DNA of 64,000 bases from Candidatus Woesearchaeota archaeon (GCA_016181305.1 JACOZN010000010.1:1-64000); one strand, 5' to 3'; shown: positions 44,653 to 54,406, counted from the first letter of the stretch. Numbers and translations are program-made. The notes: generated from the letters alone by a model not told the origin.

Positions 44653-45369
44653 ATGAAAACCTTTGTAATGATTCCAACATACAATGAAAGCGAGAATATA
44701 AAGAATTTGATAAATAAAATTCTAAAATTAAGGATAAATAATTTGCATATTGCTGTAGTTGACGACAACAGCCCTGACGGGACATGGAAAATAGTGCAAG
44801 ACATCTCCAAAGCCAAGAAAAATGTCCATCTTTTATTGAGAAAAAAAGACAAAGGAAGGGGCTCGGCTGGAAAAGACGGCTTTATTTACTGCCTGAAGCA
44901 TGGTGCTGATGCAATAGTCGAGATGGACGCAGACATGTCGCACAATCCCAAATACATTCCCGAAATGCTGAAAGGGATAAAAAACCATGACATTGTGCTT
45001 GGCTCCAGACGGGTTAAAGGCGCCAAAGAGGTCGGAAGGGGCTTTATAAGAAGATTGATAACTTATATTGCAAATTTATACATAAGGCTGATGCTCGGCA
45101 TAAAAGTCAGGGACTGCAACTCGGGATTCAGGTGCTTCACAAGGGAGATCATGGAAAAGATACAGCCTGAAAAGCTTGAGTCAAAAGGTCCCTCGATAGT
45201 GCAGGAAGTCTTATTCAAGGCGCACTTAAAAAACGCAAGGATAAAGGAGATTCCGATAGTTTTTGTCAACAGGACAAAAGGGCATTCAAAGCTTGGGATT
45301 CCGCAATTAGCTACCGGGTATTTCATGGTGCTGAAACTGAAAATGCTGTCAGTAATGGGGAGAATATGA
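44653..45369 (+). CDS. GT2 polyprenol monophosphomannose synthase-like
   Basis: 'IPTYNESENI', 'DDNSPDGT', 'MDADMSHNP', 'DCNSGFRCF', 'GHSKL'. Confidence 0.92.
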   Translation: MKTFVMIPTYNESENIKNLINKILKLRINNLHIAVVDDNSPDGTWKIVQDISKAKKNVHLLLRKKDKGRGSAGKDGFIYCLKHGADAIVEMDADMSHNPKYIPEMLKGIKNHDIVLGSRRVKGAKEVGRGFIRRLITYIANLYIRLMLGIKVRDCNSGFRCFTREIMEKIQPEKLESKGPSIVQEVLFKAHLKNARIKEIPIVFVNRTKGHSKLGIPQLATGYFMVLKLKMLSVMGRI

Positions 45370-46382
45370 AGATAGCGATTTTAACCCCGACATTCTCGCA
45401 CTACAGCGGGATAGACAGGGTTGTGCAGCAGCAGGCAGAAGAATATGCAAAAAAAGGGCATAAAGTTGCTGTTTTTGCGCTTGAAGGCGGCATAAAGCCA
45501 AAAAATTTCAGGCTTGAGCTGCTTGGAATGCCAAAAAGCCTGTTTTTGCAGAGATTGTACAGGCTGTTTTTCTTCCTTGATTTCATTAAAATAAAAAAGG
45601 CTGCAAAGAAGCTCAAGAATTACGATATTGCCATATCGCACCAGTACCCGATGAATTTAATAGCCTCGAGGGCAAAAAAGTATTACAAAACAAAGTACAT
45701 TTACCACAACCACGGCATTGGCTATGACTATCTGTTCGGCAGCATTTTTGAAAAATTATACATGAAATTGTTTGGGTGCTTTACAAGGCTTTCCCTGAGA
45801 AATGCCGATTCTGCCTTTTCTGTCAGCAAATTCCTGAGAAACGAGCTGATGGGGGAAACAGGAATTAAGAGCAAAGTTTTATACAATAAAATCAATCCAA
45901 GATACAAAAAAAAACTGGATGGCTCAAAAATAAGAAAAAGGCTGGGCATAAAAAACAATGAAAAATTATTATTCTTTATCGGAAGGCTGTCGCCGCACAA
46001 GAATGTGCACACTTTATTGAAGATTTTTGAACTGGTTAATGAGGAAATGCCAAGCGCAAAGCTGCTTATCATTGGAAAGCCGACTTTCAGGGGCTATTTC
46101 AGGAAATTGAAGGCAATGGCAGGCAGGAATGTAATCTTTAAGGAGTCCATAGAAGACAGTAACCTGCCTTATTGCTATGCTGCATGCGACTTGTATGTGA
46201 CTGCATCTTTATGGGAAGGCTTCAACCTGCCGATTGCAGAGGCGCAGGCATGCGGCAAGAAGGTTGTTGCATTCAGCATCGGCTCGCATCCTGAAGTTGT
46301 TAAAAATGGAGTTTTAGTAAAAGAAGGCGACATTAAAGGATTTGCAAATGCCGCAATAAAAATACTGGAATCTAAACAATAA
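45366..46382 (+). CDS. GT4 glycosyltransferase
   Basis: 'SGIDRVV', 'GRLSPHKN', 'SLWEGFNLPIAEAQACG'. Confidence 0.92.
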   Translation: MKIAILTPTFSHYSGIDRVVQQQAEEYAKKGHKVAVFALEGGIKPKNFRLELLGMPKSLFLQRLYRLFFFLDFIKIKKAAKKLKNYDIAISHQYPMNLIASRAKKYYKTKYIYHNHGIGYDYLFGSIFEKLYMKLFGCFTRLSLRNADSAFSVSKFLRNELMGETGIKSKVLYNKINPRYKKKLDGSKIRKRLGIKNNEKLLFFIGRLSPHKNVHTLLKIFELVNEEMPSAKLLIIGKPTFRGYFRKLKAMAGRNVIFKESIEDSNLPYCYAACDLYVTASLWEGFNLPIAEAQACGKKVVAFSIGSHPEVVKNGVLVKEGDIKGFANAAIKILESKQ

Positions 46383-47328
46383 ACTTAGGCTTAAACATAT
46401 ATTTCTCGCTGAAAACTTTTAAAATGTAAGAATCATCTGCTTTTCTGAATTTCTGGGCTTCTTTTCTTTTTTCGAGGATTTTATTGAAATTGAATAATAT
46501 ATAGAATACCGCCTTTATCCTTGCAAAAGCAATAGCAAACTGGAAGCTTAGGATATCCTTTGTTATTGCAATAAGCCTCATAAGCAACGCATAAGGCAAA
46601 TATAGGACTATATGCCTAAAATCCATTATCCTGAAAAATGTAGTAAGCAAATTCCTCTCCATCAGAAATGCCGTAAAGGCTTTGCTTTTTTTCCGGGTTG
46701 TGACTGCATGCATATGGTACATCACAGCCTTCGGCTCAAAGACAGCCTTTTTGCCGCTGAGCCGTATCCTCATCCCCAAATCCAGATCTTCCGCATAGAT
46801 GAAATAATCAGGCTCAAACAAATATCCAAACAAATCAACAAAATCCTTTCTTATCAAGCCGACACCGAGATAAGGAATCTCTCTGGAACTTCCATTTCCT
46901 CTTATATGCCCGTTGTAGAATGCCCTTGAAACCCACGTGCCTCCTGATTTCAGCTTTCTGTCATAAAAATTGACAAGCCTTGGCGCAGCCATCGCAACCT
47001 CTTTATCGGAGTTTATGGATTCAACCAAAAATTTGATGCAGTCCTTGTCAAGCTCCATATCATTATTGAGAAACAGGATATACTCCCCATTGCAATGCTC
47101 CAGGGCAGAATTTATGCCGGAATAGCCAAGATTTTTTCCATTTTCAACGAGCTTTACATTTTTGTAATTCTTTCTGACAAGCTCCTGGCTGCCGTCGCTT
47201 GAGCTGTTGTCTGCAACTATTATTTCATAGTTTTTAAAGGATGATTTTTTAATAGAATCAACAAGCGCCTTCAGAAGCCCTTTGCCGTTGTAGTTAACTA
47301 TTATAATTGAAACTAAGCCTTTTTTCAT
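46372..47328 (-). CDS. GT2 glycosyltransferase (rhamnosyltransferase-like)
   Basis: 'IIIVNYNG', 'DNSSSDGS', 'FLNND', 'FIYAEDLDLG'; likely start 47328. Confidence 0.88.
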   Translation of the reverse strand: MKKGLVSIIIVNYNGKGLLKALVDSIKKSSFKNYEIIVADNSSSDGSQELVRKNYKNVKLVENGKNLGYSGINSALEHCNGEYILFLNNDMELDKDCIKFLVESINSDKEVAMAAPRLVNFYDRKLKSGGTWVSRAFYNGHIRGNGSSREIPYLGVGLIRKDFVDLFGYLFEPDYFIYAEDLDLGMRIRLSGKKAVFEPKAVMYHMHAVTTRKKSKAFTAFLMERNLLTTFFRIMDFRHIVLYLPYALLMRLIAITKDILSFQFAIAFARIKAVFYILFNFNKILEKRKEAQKFRKADDSYILKVFSEKYMFKPKFIV

Positions 47329-47857
47329 TTTTCTTCTTGACAACCCTGAGCGTGAAGTCTATTTTCACTATTATTTCGCCGAGCAGATAGCTCATTAAAT
47401 GCCTTAAGTCCAAGACATTTGGAAACAATGACTTTGGCACAGGCAGAGGCGGAATAATCCATCCTATTTTTGACGGAATCAATTTGATTTTCTCGAGCCT
47501 GAAGCCCGGGTAAGAGTCGTATTTCCTGTCGGTTTCAGTGAAAAATTTCATGCTGTCGACGTTAAAAAAATAGTAATGGTTTGGATAGAATGCCCCTGAC
47601 GAGTGCCAGTATGGCACAATAAGCCTCACAACAGCTCCGTGCTTTGATATGCGGTGTATTTCCTGCATTGCCATGAACAAATCTTTCAAGTGCTCAATCG
47701 CGTCCCTTCCGTAAACCTCGTCAAAATAATTGCTCGGGAAAGGCCATGGGTACTTGTCAAGGTTGTGCACTATGTCAACCCCTTTTATTTTTGACTTGTC
47801 AAGGTTGATGTAGCCTTTTTTTATGTCTGCGCCGCACCCAAAATTAAGCTTTTTCAT
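47294..47857 (-). CDS. Class I SAM-dependent methyltransferase-like protein
   Basis: 'LNFGCG', 'WPFPSNYFDEV', 'IEHL', 'EIHRISK'. Confidence 0.82.
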   Translation of the reverse strand: MKKLNFGCGADIKKGYINLDKSKIKGVDIVHNLDKYPWPFPSNYFDEVYGRDAIEHLKDLFMAMQEIHRISKHGAVVRLIVPYWHSSGAFYPNHYYFFNVDSMKFFTETDRKYDSYPGFRLEKIKLIPSKIGWIIPPLPVPKSLFPNVLDLRHLMSYLLGEIIVKIDFTLRVVKKKNEKRLSFNYNS

Positions 47858-48270
47858 TTTATTAATTCTGCAGGGTAAGTGTCCGGGTTTTTTGGATTGT
47901 AGGGCGTGTCAACATAGTACAGCAGGTAAAGCATATCCTTGCCTATGTTCTTGAACCCGTGCGCTGTTCCTGCCTTTATCCTGACCAGCTTCAGTTCATC
48001 TTCACCAAATATGGCTTCCTGCATTTTGCCTGTTTTCATGTCCTTCAAAACCAGCTTCATCTTTCCCTTAATGACGCAATACCACTCGTTTTTCTTCCTG
48101 TGGTAATGGTTTGCCTTGCACACGCCAGGATGCGCTGTTGTTATGTTAACCTGCCCAAACTTGCTGCCAATAATTTCAGGCTTGAATATTTCAGCAAGCC
48201 ATCCCCTGCCGTCCCTATGCACTGCAATGCTTTTTGTCTCCAAGCTCATTTTATTCTGTACTTTTTCCAT
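47854..48270 (-). CDS. Cupin-fold NDP-sugar isomerase/epimerase (WxcM/RmlC-like)
   Basis: 'HRDGRGWLAE', 'PGVCKANHYH', 'AHGFKN'. Confidence 0.82.
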   Translation of the reverse strand: MEKVQNKMSLETKSIAVHRDGRGWLAEIFKPEIIGSKFGQVNITTAHPGVCKANHYHRKKNEWYCVIKGKMKLVLKDMKTGKMQEAIFGEDELKLVRIKAGTAHGFKNIGKDMLYLLYYVDTPYNPKNPDTYPAELIK

Positions 48271-48968
48271 CTTTTTGTCGAAAGGCTCATGTCAACTGTC
48301 AATGGCGGGCCGTTGTACTCTTTCAGCGCCATCCTGCCGACATTCCTTGAGCCGGCAAGCAGCGCCAATTCGTACATGCTCATTCTCTTGCCGCCTGCAA
48401 TATGGATGATGCCTATTGGCTTTTTTTTGCAGACATCACTGATGCCTTTTGCCACCCCCTCAGCAAACAGATAAGTCCCGAACCTGTCAGTGAACGCCTT
48501 TGGGTACTTCCACTGCTGCTTTGGCGCAAAATTTGTCCTTATGATGCATGTATTGCCGTATTGCCTTGTTGCAATCTCGCCGCATAACTTTGTAAGGGAG
48601 TAGTAATTTTTCGGGCTCGGAACATCGTCTTCTGTGTAGAATTTATTGTGTTCTCCTGCAAAAACGCATGCTGTTGACATATAAATAAGGTAGCAGTTGT
48701 TGTCCAGTTTTTTTAGTGTGTTGACTATATTTTGCGTGCCCTCTACATTTACAGCCCATGCTTTCTGCTTGTCTTCCTCGCACTCTCTTATGCCGACTAA
48801 TGCTGCCGCATGTATCAAAATGTCTGGCTTGTAGCTTAAAATTACCTTATTGACAGACTTTGGATTAGCTATATCCATTTCTTTATGTGTCGGGCAGAAT
48901 GAATTCCTGAATACTTTTTTTAGCGACTGCCCAAGGGCTCCTGAAGCGCCTGTTACTAAGACTTTCAT
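48246..48968 (-). CDS. rfbD: dTDP-4-dehydrorhamnose reductase-like SDR
   Basis: 'LVTGASGALG', 'HAAALVG', 'STACVFAG', 'YYSLTK'. TATA at about 48991-48998 supports ATG 48968. Confidence 0.75.
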   Translation of the reverse strand: MKVLVTGASGALGQSLKKVFRNSFCPTHKEMDIANPKSVNKVILSYKPDILIHAAALVGIRECEEDKQKAWAVNVEGTQNIVNTLKKLDNNCYLIYMSTACVFAGEHNKFYTEDDVPSPKNYYSLTKLCGEIATRQYGNTCIIRTNFAPKQQWKYPKAFTDRFGTYLFAEGVAKGISDVCKKKPIGIIHIAGGKRMSMYELALLAGSRNVGRMALKEYNGPPLTVDMSLSTKRWKKYRIK

Positions 48969-49013
48969 GGCACGAAGTACTTTGGTGCCATATTTAAAGC
49001 TTATCTTAGAAGT

Positions 49014-49175
49014 GGCTTTGTGTAGAAAGTATGTTTTGCCATCTTTATTTGTGAGCATCTTTAACAAATGTTATTCAGCAAAAAGGAAATTGCAATGGGA
49101 ATTTTTGCAATAAATAATCTGCTTAACATGCGAACTGATGGCAAAACCGATTTAAAGCGACTTTTACACAAAGCC
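49014..49175. mobile_element. 162-bp MITE-like nested inverted-repeat element between divergent promoters
   Basis: Terminal IR GGCTTTGTGTA (49014-24)/TACACAAAGCC (49165-75). Inner IR GTTTTGCCATC (49033-43)/GATGGCAAAAC (49137-47). Flanks TTAGAAGT and TTAGAAAC. Confidence 0.65.
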
Positions 49176-49214
49176 TTAGAAACGTTTATAAATCAAGGAC
49201 ATGTCTTTTGCCGA

Positions 49215-50498
49215 ATGAAAACCATAACAATAGTGGGCCTGGGCTATGTCGGCTTGCCTGTGGCATGCCTGTGCGCAGAAAAGGGCAACAAGGTTTACGG
49301 GCTGGATGTGGACAAGAGCAAGATAGAGCTAGTCAACAAGAACCAAAGCCCTATTGATGACGAGTACCTGATCAGCAAATTAAAAAACCTGAAAAAAGGC
49401 ATATCGGCAACAGCCAACCCGGCTGAATGCATACCGAATTCTGATGTCATCATAGTATGCGTGCCAACCCCTGTAGACAGGAACAATTCGCCTGACTTGA
49501 CAGCCTTGATGGAGTCTGTTTCAGCAGTCTCGAAGTTCATCAGGCAGGGCACACTTTTAGTAATAGAATCAACAATTTACCCCGGCACGATTGAGGAAAT
49601 TGCCGTTCCGATACTGAAAAAGCAGAAGTTTGACGCTTATAAAAACGACATTTTTGTGGCGCACTGCCCTGAAAGGATTGACCCGGGCAACAGGAAATGG
49701 AATGTTGAAAACCTGCCAAGGGTTGTTGGAGGAGTAACAAAGGAAGCTGGAAAGAAGGCTGCCGAGTTTTACAGGAGCATAATAGATGCAGAGGTTGTTG
49801 AGCTTAGCAGCGTCAAGGCTGCTGAAGCAACCAAGATAATGGAAAACACATTCAGGGATGTGAACATAGCATTTGTCAACGAGATGGCGCAGAGCTTTGA
49901 CAGGGCAGGCATTGACGTAATTGAGGTCATTAAAGGCGCTTCAACAAAGCCGTTTGCATTCATGCCGCATTATCCGGGAGCTGGGGTAGGGGGGCACTGC
50001 ATAAGCATTGATCCTTACTATCTGATTGAAAAAGCGAAGCAGCTTGGATTCAACCACAGGTTCTTAATGCTCGCAAGAGAGATTAACAGCAGCATGCCGC
50101 ACTATACAGTTGAGCTGCTGGAAAATGAAATGAGAAAACTGAAAAAAACAATCAAGGGCGCAAAAGTCGGGGTGCTTGGCATAGCGTACAAAGCGAATGT
50201 TGATGACATCAGGGAAAGCCCTGCATTTGAAATCATAAATATACTGAAAACCAAAGGCGCTGATGTTTTTGTCTTTGACCCGCATGTGGGCAAAGGAAGC
50301 AACGTAAAAGATATGAACGAGCTGCTGAACAAAAGCGACTATATTATCCTGGCAACAGACCACATTGAGTTCAAAAACATGGACTTAAGCTTGTTAAAGA
50401 AAAACAGGGTATTGGCAGTTATAGACGGCAGGAATTGCCTGGACAAGGAGAAGATAAAGGAAATGGGCATACTTTACCACGGAATTGGAAGGGGCTAA
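49215..50498 (+). CDS. wecC: Nucleotide-sugar dehydrogenase (UDP-N-acetylhexosamine dehydrogenase, WecC/WbpA-like)
   Basis: 'VGLGYVGLP', 'CVPTP', 'ESTIYPG', 'CPERIDPG', 'KIMENTFRDVNIA', 'GVGGHCI', 'YKANVDDIRESP'; start 49215. Confidence 0.88.
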   Translation: MKTITIVGLGYVGLPVACLCAEKGNKVYGLDVDKSKIELVNKNQSPIDDEYLISKLKNLKKGISATANPAECIPNSDVIIVCVPTPVDRNNSPDLTALMESVSAVSKFIRQGTLLVIESTIYPGTIEEIAVPILKKQKFDAYKNDIFVAHCPERIDPGNRKWNVENLPRVVGGVTKEAGKKAAEFYRSIIDAEVVELSSVKAAEATKIMENTFRDVNIAFVNEMAQSFDRAGIDVIEVIKGASTKPFAFMPHYPGAGVGGHCISIDPYYLIEKAKQLGFNHRFLMLAREINSSMPHYTVELLENEMRKLKKTIKGAKVGVLGIAYKANVDDIRESPAFEIINILKTKGADVFVFDPHVGKGSNVKDMNELLNKSDYIILATDHIEFKNMDLSLLKKNRVLAVIDGRNCLDKEKIKEMGILYHGIGRG

Positions 50499-50501
50499 TA
50501 G

Positions 50502-50858
50502 ATGAAAAACTTAGCACCAGATTTAACTAGGCAGAGATTGTTAATAGAAGGATTCTATAAAATAAAAGTGGATAGAAAAATAATAGGGAATTATTTTAAG
50601 CATATTACAAAATCATTAAAGTTAAGGATATATGGTAAACCAATAATTTTTTCTCCAGGGGGCATTGGAAAAGAAGAAAATCAAGGCTATGATGCTTTTG
50701 TACCGTTAATTGATTCTGGTATTGCAGTTTATATATGGTCAAATGCAAAGTTTTTCTCAATAGTGATTTATACATGCAAAAGTTTTAATGATAAAGAAGC
50801 TATAGCTGCCACAAAGAGGTTTTTCAAATCAAGTAAGGCAGTTTTTAAGAGTTTTTAA
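50502..50858 (+). CDS. S-adenosylmethionine decarboxylase proenzyme-like small protein
   Basis: 'RQRLLIEG', 'GYDAFVPLIDSGIAVYIW', 'IYTCKSF' follow the AdoMetDC (SpeD) pattern. Confidence 0.6.
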   Translation: MKNLAPDLTRQRLLIEGFYKIKVDRKIIGNYFKHITKSLKLRIYGKPIIFSPGGIGKEENQGYDAFVPLIDSGIAVYIWSNAKFFSIVIYTCKSFNDKEAIAATKRFFKSSKAVFKSF

Positions 50859-50868
50859 TATAATTAAA

Positions 50869-51774
50869 TCAATTATTCTTCATACTCTCTAGAATCTTCT
50901 TAATCCCTTCCCTTACCATTGTCTTTGGCTGCCATCCGAGGCTTTTCATTTTTGAGATGTCGGGAATCCTGTACTCTATCTCCCTTTCTTTCAGCCTTGT
51001 TTCCTTCCCGAACCCTACTTTGACAATTTCGGACTTGCTTTTTGCCAGTTCCTTTATAATCTGCGCCAATTCAAGTATTGTTGTCGGCTGGCTGTTGCCT
51101 ATGTTGTACGCTTCGCAATTTTTTCCTTTTTCTAAGACTTTCATGACTCCGTCTGCAATATCCCCGACATAAGTGAAGCATCTTGTCTGGGCGCCGTTGC
51201 CAAAAACCTTTATCGGCTCGTTTTTCAATGCCTTGTTCAAGAAAATTGGAACAACCCAATTGCTCTCCTGCCCAGGACCGTAGACATTGAAGAACCTCAC
51301 AATCCTAATGTTCGTGTTGAACTCCTGATTGAAGGCTTTTGCATAAATCTCAGCAGCAAGCTTTGATACTCCGTAAGTTGACACAGGGCCTTTCACGCTG
51401 TCTTCTTTTATCGGAAGCTCTCTCGGCTCGCCGTACACTTCAGACGAGGACGAGTAAATCATGCTTTTGACTCCCGCATCAATTGCCGACTTGAATACAT
51501 TGACAGAGCCCTCAAGGTTTATCTTCATGGTTTCCAGGGGCTTTTTGTCGGAGTTGTCAACTCCAAGCAGCGCGGCAAAATGAAAAACTGCGTCGCATCC
51601 CCTGATGTCATCGGCTATTTTATCAAGAATTGACTTCTTCACGAACTCGAGTCTTTTATGCCTTATCCCGGGCTCTTTCAAATCAAGAATTTTCACGCTA
51701 TGCCCGTTTTCAAGAAGATGGCCTGTTATGCAAGTGCCTATAAACCCAGAGCCCCCAGTTACTAATATTTTCAT
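50869..51774 (-). CDS. NAD-dependent epimerase/dehydratase (UDP-hexose 4-epimerase-like)
   Basis: 'LVTGGSGFIG', 'SSSEVYGEP', 'YGVSK', 'RFFNVYGPGQ', 'TRCFTYV'. Confidence 0.9.
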   Translation of the reverse strand: MKILVTGGSGFIGTCITGHLLENGHSVKILDLKEPGIRHKRLEFVKKSILDKIADDIRGCDAVFHFAALLGVDNSDKKPLETMKINLEGSVNVFKSAIDAGVKSMIYSSSSEVYGEPRELPIKEDSVKGPVSTYGVSKLAAEIYAKAFNQEFNTNIRIVRFFNVYGPGQESNWVVPIFLNKALKNEPIKVFGNGAQTRCFTYVGDIADGVMKVLEKGKNCEAYNIGNSQPTTILELAQIIKELAKSKSEIVKVGFGKETRLKEREIEYRIPDISKMKSLGWQPKTMVREGIKKILESMKNN

Positions 51775-51861
51775 TGGCACGGCAAACTTTGGATTATTTA
51801 TAAACTTATCGAGGGGATTTTCTTGAATAGATTTATAAATTGATATTTTTTACAGGGTATA

Positions 51862-53028
51862 ATGAGATACCTGAAATATGCATTGCACGGGCTGAAGCCC
51901 TCGAATTTCTACAGCATCAGTTCAATTTCCCTGAAAAATTTCCTGAATAAAAAATACAATGCTTATTCAAGCGACGTGCATATAAAAGCAGCCATGGAGT
52001 GGCTTGTCAATGCGCAAAATGTGGCAGGAGATGGAGGGGTAAGCGCAATGTACTCCCTGGTTGGGGGCTGGGCTCCCTCGTATGTTGAAACAACAGGCTA
52101 CATAATATCAACATTCTTCAATTACGCGGAAATCTCAAAAAATCCTGCATACAGGAAAATGGCAGTAGAGATGGCTGAGTTTGAGCTGAAAAACCAGCTG
52201 CCAAGCGGGGCTTTTCCTGGGGCAGGCAGGAAAGATACCCCAATTGTGTTCAACACAGGGCAGGTTATTTTCGGGCTGTGCAGGTCTTACCAGGAGACAA
52301 AAGACGAGAAGTACAAAAAGGCTGCTGAAAAAGCAGCTGACTGGCTTGCATCAGTAATGGACAATGACGGCTGCTGGAGAAAAAATGACTATCTTAATCG
52401 CATACACACTTACAACACCAGAACAGCGTGGGCGCTTCTTAATGCGCACAAGATAAGCGGCAATGAAAAATACAAAGAAGCTTCGATAAAAAACATTGAT
52501 TGGGCATTGGCACAGCAGCTTGAAAACGGATGGCTAAGCAACAACGGATTTTTTCCGGAGCAGGAGCCGCTGGTTCACACAATAGCTTATTCCATAAGGG
52601 GTATTTTGGAGTCTGCAATATACCTGAGGAAAAAGAAATATCTTGAGTCTGCAATAAAGGCGGCAAAGCCGCTTGCAGAAGCCCAAAGGGAGGACGGCTC
52701 GCTGGCCGGGAGCTTCAACAAAGAGTGGGAAAGCAGCGTAAAATGGAGCTGCCTGACAGGGAATTCGCAGATGTCAATAATCTGGCAGAAGCTGCACATG
52801 ATAACAAAAGATGAAAAATTTCTGGATGCTGCCAAAAAAAGCAATGCTTTCATGAAAGGCATGCAGGACATAAATTCTACAAATCCTGCAATAAGGGGCG
52901 CTATCCCGGGCGCTTTCCCGATTTACGGGTGGTATGCCCCGCTATGCTTCCCGAACTGGGCTGCCAAGTTCTTTGCAGATGCCTTGATGCTGGAAAGCAA
53001 CAGGAAAATAGCTGAAAAGCTTGCCTAG
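51862..53028 (+). CDS. (alpha/alpha)-barrel protein (prenyltransferase/glycoside hydrolase/epimerase-like) typical of glycan clusters
   Basis: Repeated 'AA.WL..Q..DG.W' units, 'SYVETTGYII', 'FNTGQV', 'CLTGNSQ', 'NWAAKFFADAL'. Confidence 0.7.
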   Translation: MRYLKYALHGLKPSNFYSISSISLKNFLNKKYNAYSSDVHIKAAMEWLVNAQNVAGDGGVSAMYSLVGGWAPSYVETTGYIISTFFNYAEISKNPAYRKMAVEMAEFELKNQLPSGAFPGAGRKDTPIVFNTGQVIFGLCRSYQETKDEKYKKAAEKAADWLASVMDNDGCWRKNDYLNRIHTYNTRTAWALLNAHKISGNEKYKEASIKNIDWALAQQLENGWLSNNGFFPEQEPLVHTIAYSIRGILESAIYLRKKKYLESAIKAAKPLAEAQREDGSLAGSFNKEWESSVKWSCLTGNSQMSIIWQKLHMITKDEKFLDAAKKSNAFMKGMQDINSTNPAIRGAIPGAFPIYGWYAPLCFPNWAAKFFADALMLESNRKIAEKLA

Positions 53029-53918
53029 CCTTTTGTGCTGTAGATTGTGATATTTTTCTTTGCCAACCTTTCCATGCAGTCTGCAACATCCCTTGCCTTT
53101 ATGACCCTCAATTCTGTGCCGAAAAATGGGAATATTCCCATGAGATTTTCCTCCAGAAAGTGCTTTTCAAGCATGTTGTTGTCCCTTATCCTGTACAGAT
53201 TCGGCAAATGCCACCTTGCATAGATTACTTTTTTGCTCCCGTTATTGAAAGTGACAAGAACTTTGTTCGGCTTTGTCCAAACCTTGAACGGAAACTTTTT
53301 GTACCTGTCCTCGACGATGTGGATTGAGGAGTTTGCAAGCTGGTCAACTCCTATAAGGAAGATTTTTGCATCCAATTCATAAAGCCTGTAGAACGGGCTT
53401 TTGCCTGCATAAGGGCTGCTGCATTTTTCATGCCCGCCTGCAAACCATTTTGCATTTTTGCCCTTGGCTATCAATGAGTGTGTCGGGGACACGCTCCTGA
53501 AAACATTTTTCATATGCCTGAATGTCTCGGGAACGCTGCCTGTGTAGCAAGGGGTTTTTTTAACGTCAAAAACATACATTTTCTTTTTTTTGTCATAATG
53601 CAGGGCTGAGAATGCAGGCATAACCAATAATCCTTTGCTGCCTATTACATCAAGAAAAGAGTCAATAAGGGCTTTTGCGCCGCCGTCAATGTAGCCAATC
53701 CTGCTCAATGACGAATGCACTATGACTGCATCGCCTTTTTTAAGCCCTGCCTTTTGCAGCTCTTTCTTTATGCCTTCTTTTGTTATTTTGCCCTGAAGCT
53801 GTATCCTGAGCAGCCTTGCTTTTTTTACAATGTTGCCGTAAAGGAACTTCTGGACTGCAAAAGGGAGAAAATGCTTTATCCGTGCCTTTATCCTGCTTTC
53901 TCTTACTTTGCTTTCCAT
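53025..53918 (-). CDS. AAC(3) family N-acetyltransferase-like protein
   Basis: 'GDAVIVHSSLSRIG', 'LVMPAF', 'GSVPETFR', 'RSVSPTHS', 'SSIHIVE'. Confidence 0.85.
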   Translation of the reverse strand: MESKVRESRIKARIKHFLPFAVQKFLYGNIVKKARLLRIQLQGKITKEGIKKELQKAGLKKGDAVIVHSSLSRIGYIDGGAKALIDSFLDVIGSKGLLVMPAFSALHYDKKKKMYVFDVKKTPCYTGSVPETFRHMKNVFRSVSPTHSLIAKGKNAKWFAGGHEKCSSPYAGKSPFYRLYELDAKIFLIGVDQLANSSIHIVEDRYKKFPFKVWTKPNKVLVTFNNGSKKVIYARWHLPNLYRIRDNNMLEKHFLEENLMGIFPFFGTELRVIKARDVADCMERLAKKNITIYSTKG

Positions 53919-54036
53919 ATAGCCTGCAAATTGCGCCTTATTTTTAAAATTTCCTAATAGGGCAAATGAGGTTCTGGTGCGTTAAAGGTTGATTTGCCCT
54001 AAAATCAACAAAATGGTGCGTTATGGTTGGTAAGAA

Positions 54037-54306
54037 TTAGAGTTGTGAAACATCATTCACTTCATTAATAATTCTTGAGACTTCTTTCATTTTGTGAGGA
54101 TTAATTGCCAACTCCTTGTTATTATTAGAACTTTTTGATTGGAGAAGGAAGTTGTTGATAAGATATTTTAAGGCTATTTCAGTGAGACCCCAACGCTTGA
54201 GTTGCGTTATCTCAACATGGATTCCTCCAATCCTATGTTTATTTATTAGTTTTCTAAGTATGTGTTTCATAGAAGCTAAATCATTATTATCTATAACCAT
54301 ACGCAC
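54037..54306 (-). CDS. Small hypothetical passenger protein (possible toxin or winged-helix protein)
   Basis: 89 aa, 'KLINKHRIGGIH...LAINP..MKEV'; has its own TATA box (reverse complement of 54321-54335). Confidence 0.6.
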   Translation of the reverse strand: MRMVIDNNDLASMKHILRKLINKHRIGGIHVEITQLKRWGLTEIALKYLINNFLLQSKSSNNNKELAINPHKMKEVSRIINEVNDVSQL

Positions 54307-54406
54307 ACAACACCTGTTATTATATATAAAGTTTTCCTATTATTTTATACAACATTGCTTAAATTAAATAGAAATATTTAAATAGTAGTATGTTAATACC
54401 ACCTGT

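Noticed and set aside
48969-49214. N-terminal extensions of rfbD (to 49067) and wecC (from 49068) in the ORF track
   Set aside because: They run through the TATA boxes and the MITE-like element. The Rossmann motifs start at 48968 and 49215.
53025-53918. Aminoglycoside resistance gene
   Set aside because: Family-level similarity only. It lies outside the adjacent transposon and in glycan-biosynthesis context.
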